A stretch of DNA of 64,000 nucleotides from Callorhinchus milii (taxonomy: Eukaryota), in contig NW_024704745.1 in assembly GCF_018977255.1 (NCBI RefSeq), positions 51,398,001-51,462,000 on the forward strand. Reading direction: 5' to 3'. The position numbers and the translations under genes were made by a program. Positions 63,789 to 64,000 of the stretch are shown here, piece after piece; position 1 is the first letter of the stretch, and each line of letters opens with the position of its first letter. The notes under the pieces are model-generated. The model saw only the letters and a list, made by a program, of their open reading frames with translations, made no database searches and had not been told where the DNA came from.

Positions 63789-64000
63789 GGAGTCCTTTAG
63801 CTCAGTGGTTAGAGCACTCGCTTTGTAAGCGAGAGACCTGCGTTCAATTCCCGGCAGGGTGAAACCTTGGGCAAGTTTCCTTACTCCACACCCCTGATGA
63901 TAATCCCTCAAGAAAAATAATAAATTGGTGATTTCAATCCACGACTGTTTGTAGGACACTGCTGTGCGCAATTGGCTGCTGCATTTTGCCTACAAATATA
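63789..64000 (+). mobile_element. SINE family A, young copy cut by the window end
   Basis: GGAGTCCTTTAGCTCAGTGGTTAGAGCACTCGCTTTGTAAGCGAGAGACCTGCGTTCAATTCCC..., colinear with 32489. Confidence 0.95.

Overview
This is vertebrate genomic DNA, not prokaryotic. The repeat content (Deu-domain SINEs, a tRNA-headed SINE with an L2-type 3' tail, shark-type CR1 and L2 fragments) points to a cartilaginous fish, possibly a holocephalan; this is inference. The window is essentially non-coding: no ORF in the track is a recognisable host protein, and several are read-throughs of repeats. The best gene signal is a candidate first coding exon on the minus strand (4440-4515, MKKNQIKRLQAEVLLWLFYVQRLGS+G, phase-1 donor) inside a CpG island, so the remaining ~59 kb looks like an upstream regulatory or intergenic tract. 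By eye it alternates between CpG-rich, repeat-poor blocks and CpG-depleted, SINE/LINE-rich blocks. Points of note are a 21-bp VNTR at the presumed TSS, a 1.2-kb minisatellite whose unit drifts along the array, a 16-nt exact complement of miR-7, modular SINE variants sharing Deu-domain and L2 tail parts, and a few isolated exon-like segments. I found no convincing new multi-gene system, CRISPR array, rRNA or true tRNA. Repeat boundaries are approximate (tens of bp) and family names come from memory, not a database search.
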